A stretch of 64,000 nucleotides of DNA. It comes from Cyanobacteria bacterium P01_F01_bin.150. Its GTDB lineage: Bacteria > Cyanobacteriota > Cyanobacteriia > CAKZMO01. Shown here piece after piece: positions 28,486 through 37,986 of the stretch; within the stretch, counting starts at the first letter, position 1, and every line of letters begins with the position of its first letter. Made by a program: the position numbers and the translations under genes. The notes below the pieces were generated by a model. The model was given only the letters and a program-made list of their open reading frames with translations. It did no database searches and was not told the origin of the DNA. The DNA lies in assembly GCA_039189765.1 (NCBI GenBank), contig JBCCYL010000026.1, forward strand, positions 2,787 to 66,786, read 5' to 3'.

Positions 28486-31233
28486 TTACAATTCCATGGT
28501 AATTCGGAACGTCCCACTCAACGCTGAGAACGGATCGGTACTGAGCTGCCAGGATTGGAGCGATCGCCTCAAACCATCAATGACCGCCTGATCGTCCATA
28601 GTAGACAATCGATCGTCCCATAACACTTGCATTACTCGTCCATTCCGCACCCGAACTTGCCATACCACCTCACCACTCTGGTCGCTAGCGGTCGAGAAAT
28701 ACGCTAAATGTTGATCCAGAGTCTCTTTCAACTCAGATTGTAGAGACGGAGTTAATGCGCCATCAATCTGGATAACCCGAATATCCTGGATAGAACGAGA
28801 TGAATTATTAAGCTCATCCAGGGCTTCAGCCTCCTCCGACGACATAATCAATCCAGTCGCCGGAGCCGGAGCATTATGGGGCACATTAACGGCAGACGGA
28901 AGAGCAAGGGACTGAATATTTCCTCGCGTCGCTCCCGCAGCTCTTCGGGAACGGGGAGATGCGACAGGGGAAGGAGCAAACCGTCCCACTCCTCCAGGGG
29001 ACGCATCGTCCAGCCCAAAGATGCCTTCATAGCTGACGCCTTCCGGCAACTCTACCGGGACTTCAACCGTGCGGCGAGTGCCATCGGGGTTCACTCGGAC
29101 TTCTTCACTGACGGCCACAAAAGCAGTGTATTGAGAAAGCAGTCGATAGGCTAAGGCCGTTTCGGTGATGCCCTCAACTCCTGAAACTGTTTCCCCACGA
29201 TACATTTGATTCATCAAGTCCTTAATGCGCGATCGCCCCCATAGCTGCGCGATCGCCCCGGAACCATCCCCTTGGGTAAAATTCACTGGAATGGTCTTTT
29301 CGTAGCGCTTACCTCCCACCATCGTCCCCGTCACCTTTAGGGTGCCACTGATGCCATCAGCTTTACGGCCAAAAATGACCAACGGCTGCTGGGTAAATAA
29401 ATCGGGTGCCGCACCGGGATAAATTTCCGGCCCCTCGCCATTTCCGATCCATTCCACCTCAATATTGGTCAGGACAGGATTGTTAATCTGCTGGAAAAAT
29501 TGCTCGGCAACGGGACCACTGGGTTCATCCTGACGAATCACCTGTGACGTTCCCCGCCCCACCTCTGCCAATCGGTCGATTAAAAATCGATTGACGCCGC
29601 TGCCAACGCCAAAGCTGTAGAGTCGATTGCCCGGTGCTAACTCCGCCTGTACTTCAGCAATAACCTCAGCCTCATTGCCAATATAGCCATCGGTGAGTAA
29701 GACAATGCTACGGAGGCGATCGGGCCGAGCTGCCGGAAAGTTGAGCACCTCTCGCATGCCGTTTAACAGCTCTGTGCCCCCATTGGCGTTGAGGCCATTG
29801 ATATAATCAATGGCTCGTGAGCGATTTTGGGTCGTATTGGCCAACGGCTCATCAGAAAGCCGAGTAGTGGTGTTGGCAAAATCGATAATCGAAAAGGTAT
29901 CGTCTGGGTTTAGGCCATTTACCATCCGCCGCATCAGTTCCTGAGACTTGGCGATCGGGTCACCGGATTGAGACCCCGAGGTATCCATTAGAAACACCAC
30001 ATCCTTGGGCACAATCTGCTCACGGTCATACTCCACCGCTGGCACCAAATACAGGGCAAAATGCCCCCCTTCCTCGGTTGTGTCGGTAAGCAAGGTAGTT
30101 TGGGTCTCGTCTCCACTAATTTGATATCGCAGAATCAGGTCTTTATTGGGAATCGTATCGTTAGGTGCTAGATTCACCTGAACTCCTCTCCTGCCCTCTC
30201 TTTCTACCTCACCCCTGCCCTCTCCTTGCAAAGGAGAGGGGGCCGGAGGTGGATCGGTCTCCCCATCAGTCTCCCCTCCTACCAAGGAGGAATTAAGGGA
30301 GGTAATCTCCAGCTTATGGGAAGGTGATGCAATCGATTGGATTGGCATCCCCGCATCAAAATTAACGGCAACAGCGATATCATGGCCCGAACGAGTACCA
30401 GGTTTCAACACCGGAGGCGTAATCCGAGAGCCATCGCTGACCTGGTCCGTATCACCATTTTCATTGGTTGGTACGCCAGGGATATAGCGAGGACCCACCA
30501 CCATAGGGAAAACAAACTCGTAGTTATTCCCCTCAAAAGTCAGACTTTCCGTGTAACGAATGGTCACCTCAATCTGTTCCCCTGGGCGAATATTTGCCAG
30601 GGACTGGGTAAAAATATTTGCCCGCTCCTGCTCCAGTAAGCCTGCGGTACGGCCTGCTTGAACCGCCTGCTCATAAATTTCCTGGGCCTCCTCCCGTTTC
30701 TTAATATCGCCGCTAATGACGCGATCGCCCACGCGAATCTCCATATCGTCCACGGCGGCCTTATCCGGCAGTGGAAACACATAAACCGCTTCCAGCGACT
30801 CGTCAAAGGGATTCTCAAAGGTCTGGGTCACCTCTACTCGCGCCACATTCCCCTGAATAGTGGCATTCACATCCGTGTGTTTAAGAGGAAATGCCTGAGT
30901 TGCATCGTCTAAACCATCGGTCTGCTGGGGTGACGAGAACAAAAGACCAGAGGTGACGGATTCCGTATCTGTTTCCGCATCGATAGAGGCTGAGGAGGAT
31001 TGCTGCCCCAAGATGGTCTGTGTCAGACTCTCTGGAGCTGCCTGAGCTAATATTTTGGGGGCCTGCGTCCCTTGAACTAGCGTCTTTTGAGACCGTGATT
31101 TTTGGGATAACTCATGCGGTTGGAATAACGACTGGGCCTGACTTTGGGAAAACAATGAACCTAAAACAACGATCGCCGCGCCAATCGTCGCCGTTCCTAA
31201 AAAGATGGTTCCTGTCGTCAATCGCTCACGCAT
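28486..31233 (-). CDS. Secreted VIT + von Willebrand factor type A (vWA) domain protein
   Basis: Signal peptide, VIT-like N-terminal region, and MIDAS motif DTSGSQSG within a vWA fold. 915 aa. Confidence 0.7.
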   Translation of the reverse strand: MRERLTTGTIFLGTATIGAAIVVLGSLFSQSQAQSLFQPHELSQKSRSQKTLVQGTQAPKILAQAAPESLTQTILGQQSSSASIDAETDTESVTSGLLFSSPQQTDGLDDATQAFPLKHTDVNATIQGNVARVEVTQTFENPFDESLEAVYVFPLPDKAAVDDMEIRVGDRVISGDIKKREEAQEIYEQAVQAGRTAGLLEQERANIFTQSLANIRPGEQIEVTIRYTESLTFEGNNYEFVFPMVVGPRYIPGVPTNENGDTDQVSDGSRITPPVLKPGTRSGHDIAVAVNFDAGMPIQSIASPSHKLEITSLNSSLVGGETDGETDPPPAPSPLQGEGRGEVEREGRRGVQVNLAPNDTIPNKDLILRYQISGDETQTTLLTDTTEEGGHFALYLVPAVEYDREQIVPKDVVFLMDTSGSQSGDPIAKSQELMRRMVNGLNPDDTFSIIDFANTTTRLSDEPLANTTQNRSRAIDYINGLNANGGTELLNGMREVLNFPAARPDRLRSIVLLTDGYIGNEAEVIAEVQAELAPGNRLYSFGVGSGVNRFLIDRLAEVGRGTSQVIRQDEPSGPVAEQFFQQINNPVLTNIEVEWIGNGEGPEIYPGAAPDLFTQQPLVIFGRKADGISGTLKVTGTMVGGKRYEKTIPVNFTQGDGSGAIAQLWGRSRIKDLMNQMYRGETVSGVEGITETALAYRLLSQYTAFVAVSEEVRVNPDGTRRTVEVPVELPEGVSYEGIFGLDDASPGGVGRFAPSPVASPRSRRAAGATRGNIQSLALPSAVNVPHNAPAPATGLIMSSEEAEALDELNNSSRSIQDIRVIQIDGALTPSLQSELKETLDQHLAYFSTASDQSGEVVWQVRVRNGRVMQVLWDDRLSTMDDQAVIDGLRRSLQSWQLSTDPFSALSGTFRITMEL

Positions 31234-31457
31234 GGCAGCAGAGTCTCCCTATGTCATGGATATGGTGTGGATTTGATTTTCCACCTTAATGGGGTTGGCC
31301 ATCCTTATATAGGCTTCACCATGCCACTTCCTTGGTCCGGATCTAGCGGGAGTTACGAAAACTGAAACAGATTAGAGCACGGTGACTTTTATCCCAAAAC
31401 GGGACATTGGGGCGAGGAACGCTCCAATATCCCGTCAAATCTTTTCCAGCTTAAGCT

Positions 31458-32591
31458 TTAGGCCGATATCCGCCCCAAAATTTTAGAAAATGCCCCCGTT
31501 GCATTCCAGGTATAATCCGCCATGTCGTCCGGCCATGGAAAGTTCTCCGCCATTGCTTCAGCCGCAGTGACCGCCTCAAAGGAGCCTTGCCTCAGCGCAT
31601 GGTAAAGCCCTACAAAATCACCAATAGGCAGATTATTTTTGACAAAACTTTGGCGCAGCAGCTCGATGGTGTACATCATATTGTGCGCCTCAAAGTTCCC
31701 TGGTTCAAAAATGGATTCAAATACTAGAAACTGGATATCGTTGCGTTTCGCCCTTGAAATAAGGTCCGGGCCCATTCCCTTCGTCGTCGTCAGGGGGTCT
31801 CCTGAACACACAACCACCCGACTATCATCGACCTGACGTGGCTGGACATTATCTGGGTTGATACCAACAGTACAGGCGAGAGGATCACCATCAATAAAAA
31901 TCATGATGTACTTTGGCCCCTTGACCCAGATCCGATAGCCGTTGCCAAAGGTCACCACGTTAATAAACTGATTCGATAGCTCTTCCCAGCGCTGTTCCCA
32001 GTACTGATACTCCTTGGCATTCCAGCGGGATGCATGGCCAAGGATAAACCGTCTCCTAGCGGCCTGTAATCCTCGCCCTAAAAGGATAGTGCCATGGCTA
32101 TCGGTGGCAAAATTAATCACTTGACGGTGGTTAATGCCATATAAAATCAGCCGTGCACAATTGCCAATGACCGGACTTCCCGAAAGATCCAGCCGATGCA
32201 CCGTTGCTTCTATCCAATCCATTAAAGGATTTACCTTGGTCAAAATTGGGTTGCGCTTGATATAGGAGCCATTGTTCAAATTGGCAATACCTGTCAGTAA
32301 CCGCTCAGCATAGCGGCGGCTGCGTTTTGAAGAGGTCGCCTCAGTTTGGCCCAAACCAGGGATAAAGATAGTGAATAAGTTCCGATTATCGCTTGGCGGA
32401 TAGTACGTAATATGGCTTTCAATAAACCCTAATGGGTTTGGATTAACCATTACCCGATCGTCAAAGTCAAACACCTGCTGGGTCTTAGGATTCTGAAACT
32501 GACCATCAAAGGTTTTATCCGGAAACAAAGCTTCTAGAGGCCGACGCCACCATACAGACTGAATAGCTTGTTCAGATTCTCGGCTATACAT
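31458..32591 (-). CDS. Hypothetical protein (377 aa)
   Basis: Long ORF with no motifs I can recognise; co-directional with the DUF1611-like gene upstream. Confidence 0.4.
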   Translation of the reverse strand: MYSRESEQAIQSVWWRRPLEALFPDKTFDGQFQNPKTQQVFDFDDRVMVNPNPLGFIESHITYYPPSDNRNLFTIFIPGLGQTEATSSKRSRRYAERLLTGIANLNNGSYIKRNPILTKVNPLMDWIEATVHRLDLSGSPVIGNCARLILYGINHRQVINFATDSHGTILLGRGLQAARRRFILGHASRWNAKEYQYWEQRWEELSNQFINVVTFGNGYRIWVKGPKYIMIFIDGDPLACTVGINPDNVQPRQVDDSRVVVCSGDPLTTTKGMGPDLISRAKRNDIQFLVFESIFEPGNFEAHNMMYTIELLRQSFVKNNLPIGDFVGLYHALRQGSFEAVTAAEAMAENFPWPDDMADYTWNATGAFSKILGRISA

Positions 32592-32648
32592 AACTTATCG
32601 GCCTAGTAGATGTCGCGGTGTGCTTGGAAGCACTCTATCATTCTTTGC

Positions 32649-33701
32649 CTAATCCATAAAAATGGCGTCGATAATCGGCTCCGCACCGTAACGAATCACG
32701 TCAGTACAGGGCAAGTCCGTTTCTTTCTGGGCTTTTTTGATCGCGGCACGGGCCTTTTTGTCGGTTAGATGATGGGTATTCAGAGCGATCGCCATCACCT
32801 TTGGCCCCCCCGCCTTATCCTGAAATGTCCCCCCAGCAGCAGCCACCGTCTCATAGACTTGAATCGCATCCTTTAGCGACGGCAGATAAAAATCAGGACA
32901 GTTATGAATGGTGTCCTGTCCAGCTCGATGCACCAGCACTAAATGGGTGGGCTGGCTTCCCCGCAGCAGGGGTAACGTTGCCGTAGACCCTGGGTGCATC
33001 AGAGACCCCTGCCCTTCCACATACACCACATCCTGATCGGTGCCATGGGTCAAAAGCTGCTTTTCCACAGCCCCCGCCGCAAAATCAATCCGCACCGCAT
33101 CCAGAGCAACCCCATCGTAGCCGAGCATCAGTCCCGTCTGCCCCGTCGCAATAAACGTTGAGCGATAGCCCTTTTCTTGACTGACCCGATACAGTTCAAG
33201 ACAGGCGGACATCTTGCCCACGGCCATATCGGTGCCCACGGCCAATACCCGCCGACAGGGCAGCGAACGGGCCAGTCCGGCGCCAATCCCCAGTCCTGAT
33301 GGCTCCTGGCGAACATCCCAGATCCACTGATTGGGGCCAAGGGAGCCTAGCCCTCGATCATCCGCCATCGGGGTGTGCAATCCATTCACCACAGATAGAC
33401 CAGAGGCGATCGCGATTCGAATTTCATCCAGCCACGGCTCCGGCAATATGCCCCCTGACGGGGCAATGCCAATGGCCAATACATCCGGATCATAGGCTAA
33501 AGATTCCGAGACGGACCCAACAATCGGTACGTCCCGATCAATGCCGGTCAATGATTTGATGCTTTTTCCGACAGAGTCCTCATCCACCACTGCCACAATT
33601 GGATTCTTGCCATAGCGCAAGAGGGATAGTCCAGTTTTACCTTTTGTCCCCTTTAATCCATCATGGAGCAAAATAGCTATGCGGTGGTGCGATCGCAACA
33701 T
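32649..33701 (-). CDS. DUF1611-family protein (DgcN-like P-loop-like fold)
   Basis: N-terminal ILLHDGL...KTGLSLLRY and central VGTDMAVGKMSA P-loop-like motif match the DUF1611 pattern as I recall it. Confidence 0.5.
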   Translation of the reverse strand: MLRSHHRIAILLHDGLKGTKGKTGLSLLRYGKNPIVAVVDEDSVGKSIKSLTGIDRDVPIVGSVSESLAYDPDVLAIGIAPSGGILPEPWLDEIRIAIASGLSVVNGLHTPMADDRGLGSLGPNQWIWDVRQEPSGLGIGAGLARSLPCRRVLAVGTDMAVGKMSACLELYRVSQEKGYRSTFIATGQTGLMLGYDGVALDAVRIDFAAGAVEKQLLTHGTDQDVVYVEGQGSLMHPGSTATLPLLRGSQPTHLVLVHRAGQDTIHNCPDFYLPSLKDAIQVYETVAAAGGTFQDKAGGPKVMAIALNTHHLTDKKARAAIKKAQKETDLPCTDVIRYGAEPIIDAIFMD

Positions 33702-34016
33702 AATCAGACCTTCTGGTTATCTCGTCTATGTACGTATATCTGGGTTTCGATGTTAGCCGAAATGAAATTATGTGGAATTGTAGCGCTTTGCGTCCCGATT
33801 CCACGACTAAAGCAGATACTCATATGTACGTACATATCATCCTAACGACCCATATGTCCCTATGATCCATAAGGCATGAAAAGTAATGGAAATGGGGCTA
33901 AGACTCCAAATCGAGAAGAACCTAAAAAAAATCATTAATTTTTCCAACACTTATGTTAGGATAGTTGGGCTTGAGAAATACGACTCAAAAGAGTGTGTTC
34001 GCAGGTGGTGTTACGA

Positions 34017-34090
34017 GGCTTGGTAGCTCAGTTGGTTAGAGCAGGGGACTCATAAGCCCAAGGTCGGGAGTTCAAATCTCCCCCGAGCCA
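34017..34090 (+). tRNA. tRNA with CAU anticodon (Met or Ile2), CCA not encoded
   Basis: Acceptor GGCTTGG/CCGAGCC (one G-U pair), D-arm GCTC...GAGC, T-arm GGGAG-TTCAAAT-CTCCC, anticodon loop CTCATAA. TAGCTCAGTTGGTTAGAGCA is identical to the E. coli elongator tRNA-Met D-arm. The anticodon stem has only 3 central G-C pairs flanked by G.A and A.G mismatches. Confidence 0.6.
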
Positions 34091-34436
34091 TATTTATGAC
34101 CTAGTTCCAAGCTAGTTTGTGTGAGGTTGTAAAGTCAGTGGTCGTCTCCCATTGAGCGACAAAGCAATCAGACAATTGCGCAACCAATTGTCGTGGGAAC
34201 AGGATTGAATCAATCTTGAGATTCAAATCTGGAGCAACCAAGGACTGGGTAAGAGCCTCTGGAGATTGGGACAGGACAAAACAGGTGATGGTTCAGACAG
34301 CCAAATCTAATCTAGGATAAATCGTAACTGTCACACTTCAATTGTTACAATTGCAGTCGGGTTAAATGGGAGGGGAGAGCAGGTGGGGGGAGATCGCCCA
34401 GTAATCACGCCAATGATGTCAGCATCTAGAAACACC

Positions 34437-35864
34437 CTAGTGCCGTTCCAGGCTAACCCTTTGATGGGGGGCCTTACCAAGGCGAGCCAAAGCTGCACAT
34501 TGATAGATTTTGACCACTAGCTGCACGGTCAAAGCTTGGCGTAGTAGGTCTGCATCCGACTTGGTTCCCTGTAAAAAATCAAGGAACAGCCGTTCCCTGG
34601 ACGCCTCATTATGGCTAAAAGAGGTATCCATCTGCGCGATCGCCTGGTTATGTTGATTGCCAATTTCTATTTTCTCAAACGCCTCGCCTCCCACCAGATC
34701 ACTGTTCCGAAAAAACAGAATATCAAAATGATTAAGATGGCCTTCTCCGTAGTCTAAAGAACTATGCTCCCTGATCTGATGAGACTGATAGGAGTGAACC
34801 TGGACATTTAACAGAGTTGAAACCTTAATATTGACGCGTTCATGGCGAATGCGACCATTGCCTTTGTAAATATCTGCGGGCAAGCTTGGGGACGCTCGTC
34901 TAGAAAACGAGTTCTGCTGTAGATTTAGGTAGGTTGTCGTCAAAACCGCATCCTTTTGCCTAAACTGCGCCAAAACGAATAGATCCATTTCTCCATAGTG
35001 CTTCAGCGCTTCAATCCGTTCGGACGAAAAGTGTTGAGAAAGATCCTGCTGAAAAAATCTTTCATAGTGGTGAGGCTGTAGCTGAGCCATAAAATCAGAG
35101 GGCTGAAAACTCTGTACAAATACATCCAGTTCATCCGCCGCCTGCTTGCTTTCAGCTTGGCTAAGGTCCATTAGCCAAGCCAGCATATCAACAAAATGAT
35201 AACCAGAATGCATCAGCTTGCCAGTGCCGTATTTGTAAGGATGATTTTCACGCTCCCACTCATTGGGCATCACCCACATGCCATCCGCATGGGCAATATC
35301 AATGTAGGAAATGGGGACTTGAAACTCCCGTAAAAAGTCCTTCAAATAACGATAGATATGAACATAGCCTTGATGGGCACGACGTTGGACCTGAACAACA
35401 ACATTTGAGGTTGAATGACGATAAAGTTCGATTAGCTCTGCAAATTCTTGCTCTATTTCCTGTAGTTCAACTAACGGATTATTCGTTAAATCTGGATATA
35501 GAATGGGTTTATCGACTAAGACATCAATATTATGGGCGATCGCCCACTTTAGATAGGCCTTGTGACTTTTAGGATGGCTAGAAATAATGATTCCATCCAA
35601 ACCACATGTTGCCTCAATGCCTGTAAGAAATCGGGCAATATTATCATCTAGAAAATCTTGAGACGCACAGCTAGTCTCAACAAAGAATAGCTTTTGAGGC
35701 TGAATCGTTTGTTCATTTAAAAATTTGTAGACATTATCTTTTTCACTCCGTAACTCAACCAAACAGATAAAATTTATTTTTTGCTGGAGACCATATTTCT
35801 CTAAAAAGGGATAGTAAATACGTTTTGCATGGGGACCTAACCCAATCAGACCAATATTTTTCAT
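34437..35864 (-). CDS. Gfo/Idh/MocA-family NAD(P)-dependent oxidoreductase-like protein
   Basis: N-terminal Rossmann IGLIGLGPHAKR and the ISSHPKSH...VLVDKP pattern (cf. atP...H...GkhVlcEKP). Confidence 0.55.
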   Translation of the reverse strand: MKNIGLIGLGPHAKRIYYPFLEKYGLQQKINFICLVELRSEKDNVYKFLNEQTIQPQKLFFVETSCASQDFLDDNIARFLTGIEATCGLDGIIISSHPKSHKAYLKWAIAHNIDVLVDKPILYPDLTNNPLVELQEIEQEFAELIELYRHSTSNVVVQVQRRAHQGYVHIYRYLKDFLREFQVPISYIDIAHADGMWVMPNEWERENHPYKYGTGKLMHSGYHFVDMLAWLMDLSQAESKQAADELDVFVQSFQPSDFMAQLQPHHYERFFQQDLSQHFSSERIEALKHYGEMDLFVLAQFRQKDAVLTTTYLNLQQNSFSRRASPSLPADIYKGNGRIRHERVNIKVSTLLNVQVHSYQSHQIREHSSLDYGEGHLNHFDILFFRNSDLVGGEAFEKIEIGNQHNQAIAQMDTSFSHNEASRERLFLDFLQGTKSDADLLRQALTVQLVVKIYQCAALARLGKAPHQRVSLERH

Positions 35865-35883
35865 AGGATTTTACGCGGACATT

Positions 35884-36297
35884 TTAACCGACCTCATCAG
35901 CGGTTTGACCATCGTGCCAAGGACGATGCACAATGCTGATACCAAAGCATTTCATACTCTGCACAAAACAAGTTCTGGTATTATCGTTCCAATTTTCATT
36001 ACAGCGACCGCTCCACTCTGATGTTGCCAATTGGCCTGCATCAGTTCTGCCAAAGCGTCCACCAACCATTCTCGGCGATTGACTATGGGGCAGGCGTTCT
36101 AAAGCCTCAACTAAAATAGGATGGCTTTCAAAGTCAAGGGCAAGAGCAAGCTTAACGTTTGCACAATCAAACACAAAATCTAGAGGCTGTAAAAAGTCCA
36201 TAGATATTAGCTGCTGCAAATTTTGCTGCTTAATGTCGGTTGGAGCGACTAAGTCAATGACCAGTATACTTACACTATCTTCCGGGGAGTTTTCCAC
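35884..36297 (-). CDS. Hypothetical protein, probably co-transcribed with the oxidoreductase
   Basis: ORF only; 20-bp gap to the downstream gene on the same strand. Confidence 0.35.
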   Translation of the reverse strand: MENSPEDSVSILVIDLVAPTDIKQQNLQQLISMDFLQPLDFVFDCANVKLALALDFESHPILVEALERLPHSQSPRMVGGRFGRTDAGQLATSEWSGRCNENWNDNTRTCFVQSMKCFGISIVHRPWHDGQTADEVG

Positions 36298-36579
36298 GTT
36301 ACCCCTGCATTGTCTAAATCTGTGTTGTCTATCCTAAGATAGCATGACATTCCTTGAAGATGAACACCATAATTCCTCATATTTTAATCAATAAATACTC
36401 TCTAAAGGGCATCCGCTTTAGATGGCTATCCTAATGCAATAGAATTTATCATTCATTCTGTGGATAGAATCATGATTAAATACCATAAAACCTCTATTTT
36501 TTATTTTTAATATCGATCAAAAACATTTTTTGCGCTATTTATTAATAATGCGACGTTTGAAAATTTGGCATAAGCTTCC

Positions 36580-37893
36580 ATGAGACCTAATACTTTATTT
36601 GGTGATTTTACTCAGAAAGAATCATCTAGCTCCCTTACAATTGGGAATGAGATAGATGATTCTAAACTAGTTAAAAGTTTGGAGTTTAAGGATCATCGAG
36701 ACTTGATTTCCAGCTATATTTATTCCCTTTTACGCACGTTAGAGTTTGAGGCCTGCTGGCTGATTTCTTGCCAAAACAGTGACTTTAAAGTGCTCTTAGG
36801 TAAAAAAATGGGGTTTGATGCCAGATGGCTTGCCGAGCTTCATAGTCGCATGCATGAAAAGCTTTGCCTGAACTATGTTCCAACCGTTAGTGCAGCCTAC
36901 GCTCAAAACTTTGACTCCCATACACAGTTAGTGGAGGAAGGAGCGATCGCCAGCTTCCTGTATGCCTTGTCCCATGACCTGTACAAGCACCTGGATCAGT
37001 ATCTTGCGACAACGGATGCGATCGCAGATGAACCCACCTATCTCACCCTTAAAATGCTGCGGATAGAGATGGAGCCTCACCTCATCAAACTAAAACAGTG
37101 GAGAGATCAAGACATTGAACTGCATTCGCTGGCGTCTGTGCCAGAGATGCCCCAGTGGACACCCTATTCAGCCGAGGCTGCAATTCCTCCTATTCCTGAG
37201 TTTCCTGGCAGATCGGCCAATTTGCAATTTAACCCAAAATCTATCGTTAACCACAAGTCCTACGCTGATTTGGTCGCCGACATAGAGAAGCTACGACGGT
37301 TTAGCCACTACGTCTATGTGGACGTAGAAATTGCCGCCATGGAAGTATGTGCTAAAAACATTGCGGCTTATCGTGCGATGCCCCTCGACTTTAAGCTGGA
37401 TATGGCACGTCAAATTTGGGATGAAGCCCGCCATGCTATTGTTATGCGGCAGCTTCTGGAAAATCTTGGGGCCAGCGAAGGGGATTACACCTACAGTGCT
37501 AAGGTCTGGAAAAAGTGCGAAAAGGGGACCTGTTTAGCAGAACGGTTAGCCATTGAACAGGGATTTCAAGAGGGCAATGCGCTGGAGTCTAATTTTCTGT
37601 TGACCGAAAGCTTTAAACAAGCCAATCATTTGCAAATGACCTCACGCATGGACTACATAAATGCCGATGAAGCCATCCACGCTAAAATTGGCAACTTTTG
37701 GATGAACTATCTGCTGGACGGGAGTTACGAGGCTTACCAAGCAACAATGGAAAAAGCGGCTGAGCTAATGAATATTACCTTGTCGTCCAATGTCGCCATC
37801 GAACGCTCTGCTAGGAAAATCGCTGGATTCCCGGATCAGTTTGTCGATCTATTGGCCGAGAATAATGAAGTCTATGGTTATCGCAAATCCTGA
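36580..37893 (+). CDS. Ferritin-like di-iron domain protein (DUF455-like)
   Basis: E..H pairs in predicted helices (WDEARHAIVMRQ, ADEAIHAKIGNF) are consistent with a ferritin-like di-iron carboxylate fold. Confidence 0.45.
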   Translation: MRPNTLFGDFTQKESSSSLTIGNEIDDSKLVKSLEFKDHRDLISSYIYSLLRTLEFEACWLISCQNSDFKVLLGKKMGFDARWLAELHSRMHEKLCLNYVPTVSAAYAQNFDSHTQLVEEGAIASFLYALSHDLYKHLDQYLATTDAIADEPTYLTLKMLRIEMEPHLIKLKQWRDQDIELHSLASVPEMPQWTPYSAEAAIPPIPEFPGRSANLQFNPKSIVNHKSYADLVADIEKLRRFSHYVYVDVEIAAMEVCAKNIAAYRAMPLDFKLDMARQIWDEARHAIVMRQLLENLGASEGDYTYSAKVWKKCEKGTCLAERLAIEQGFQEGNALESNFLLTESFKQANHLQMTSRMDYINADEAIHAKIGNFWMNYLLDGSYEAYQATMEKAAELMNITLSSNVAIERSARKIAGFPDQFVDLLAENNEVYGYRKS

Positions 37894-37986
37894 GCCGATC
37901 TGAGCCTCTACCAAATTGTGTCGGCTTCGCCGACACAATTCGTTCAAAATGCAAAAAACACATCGTGTTTCTCAGGAGTAAAACCA

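Noticed and set aside
28848-30912. Multiple 60-100-aa ORFs on both strands within the VIT-vWA gene
   Set aside because: They are embedded in a long ORF with a signal peptide and a MIDAS motif. High GC produces long spurious ORFs in other frames.
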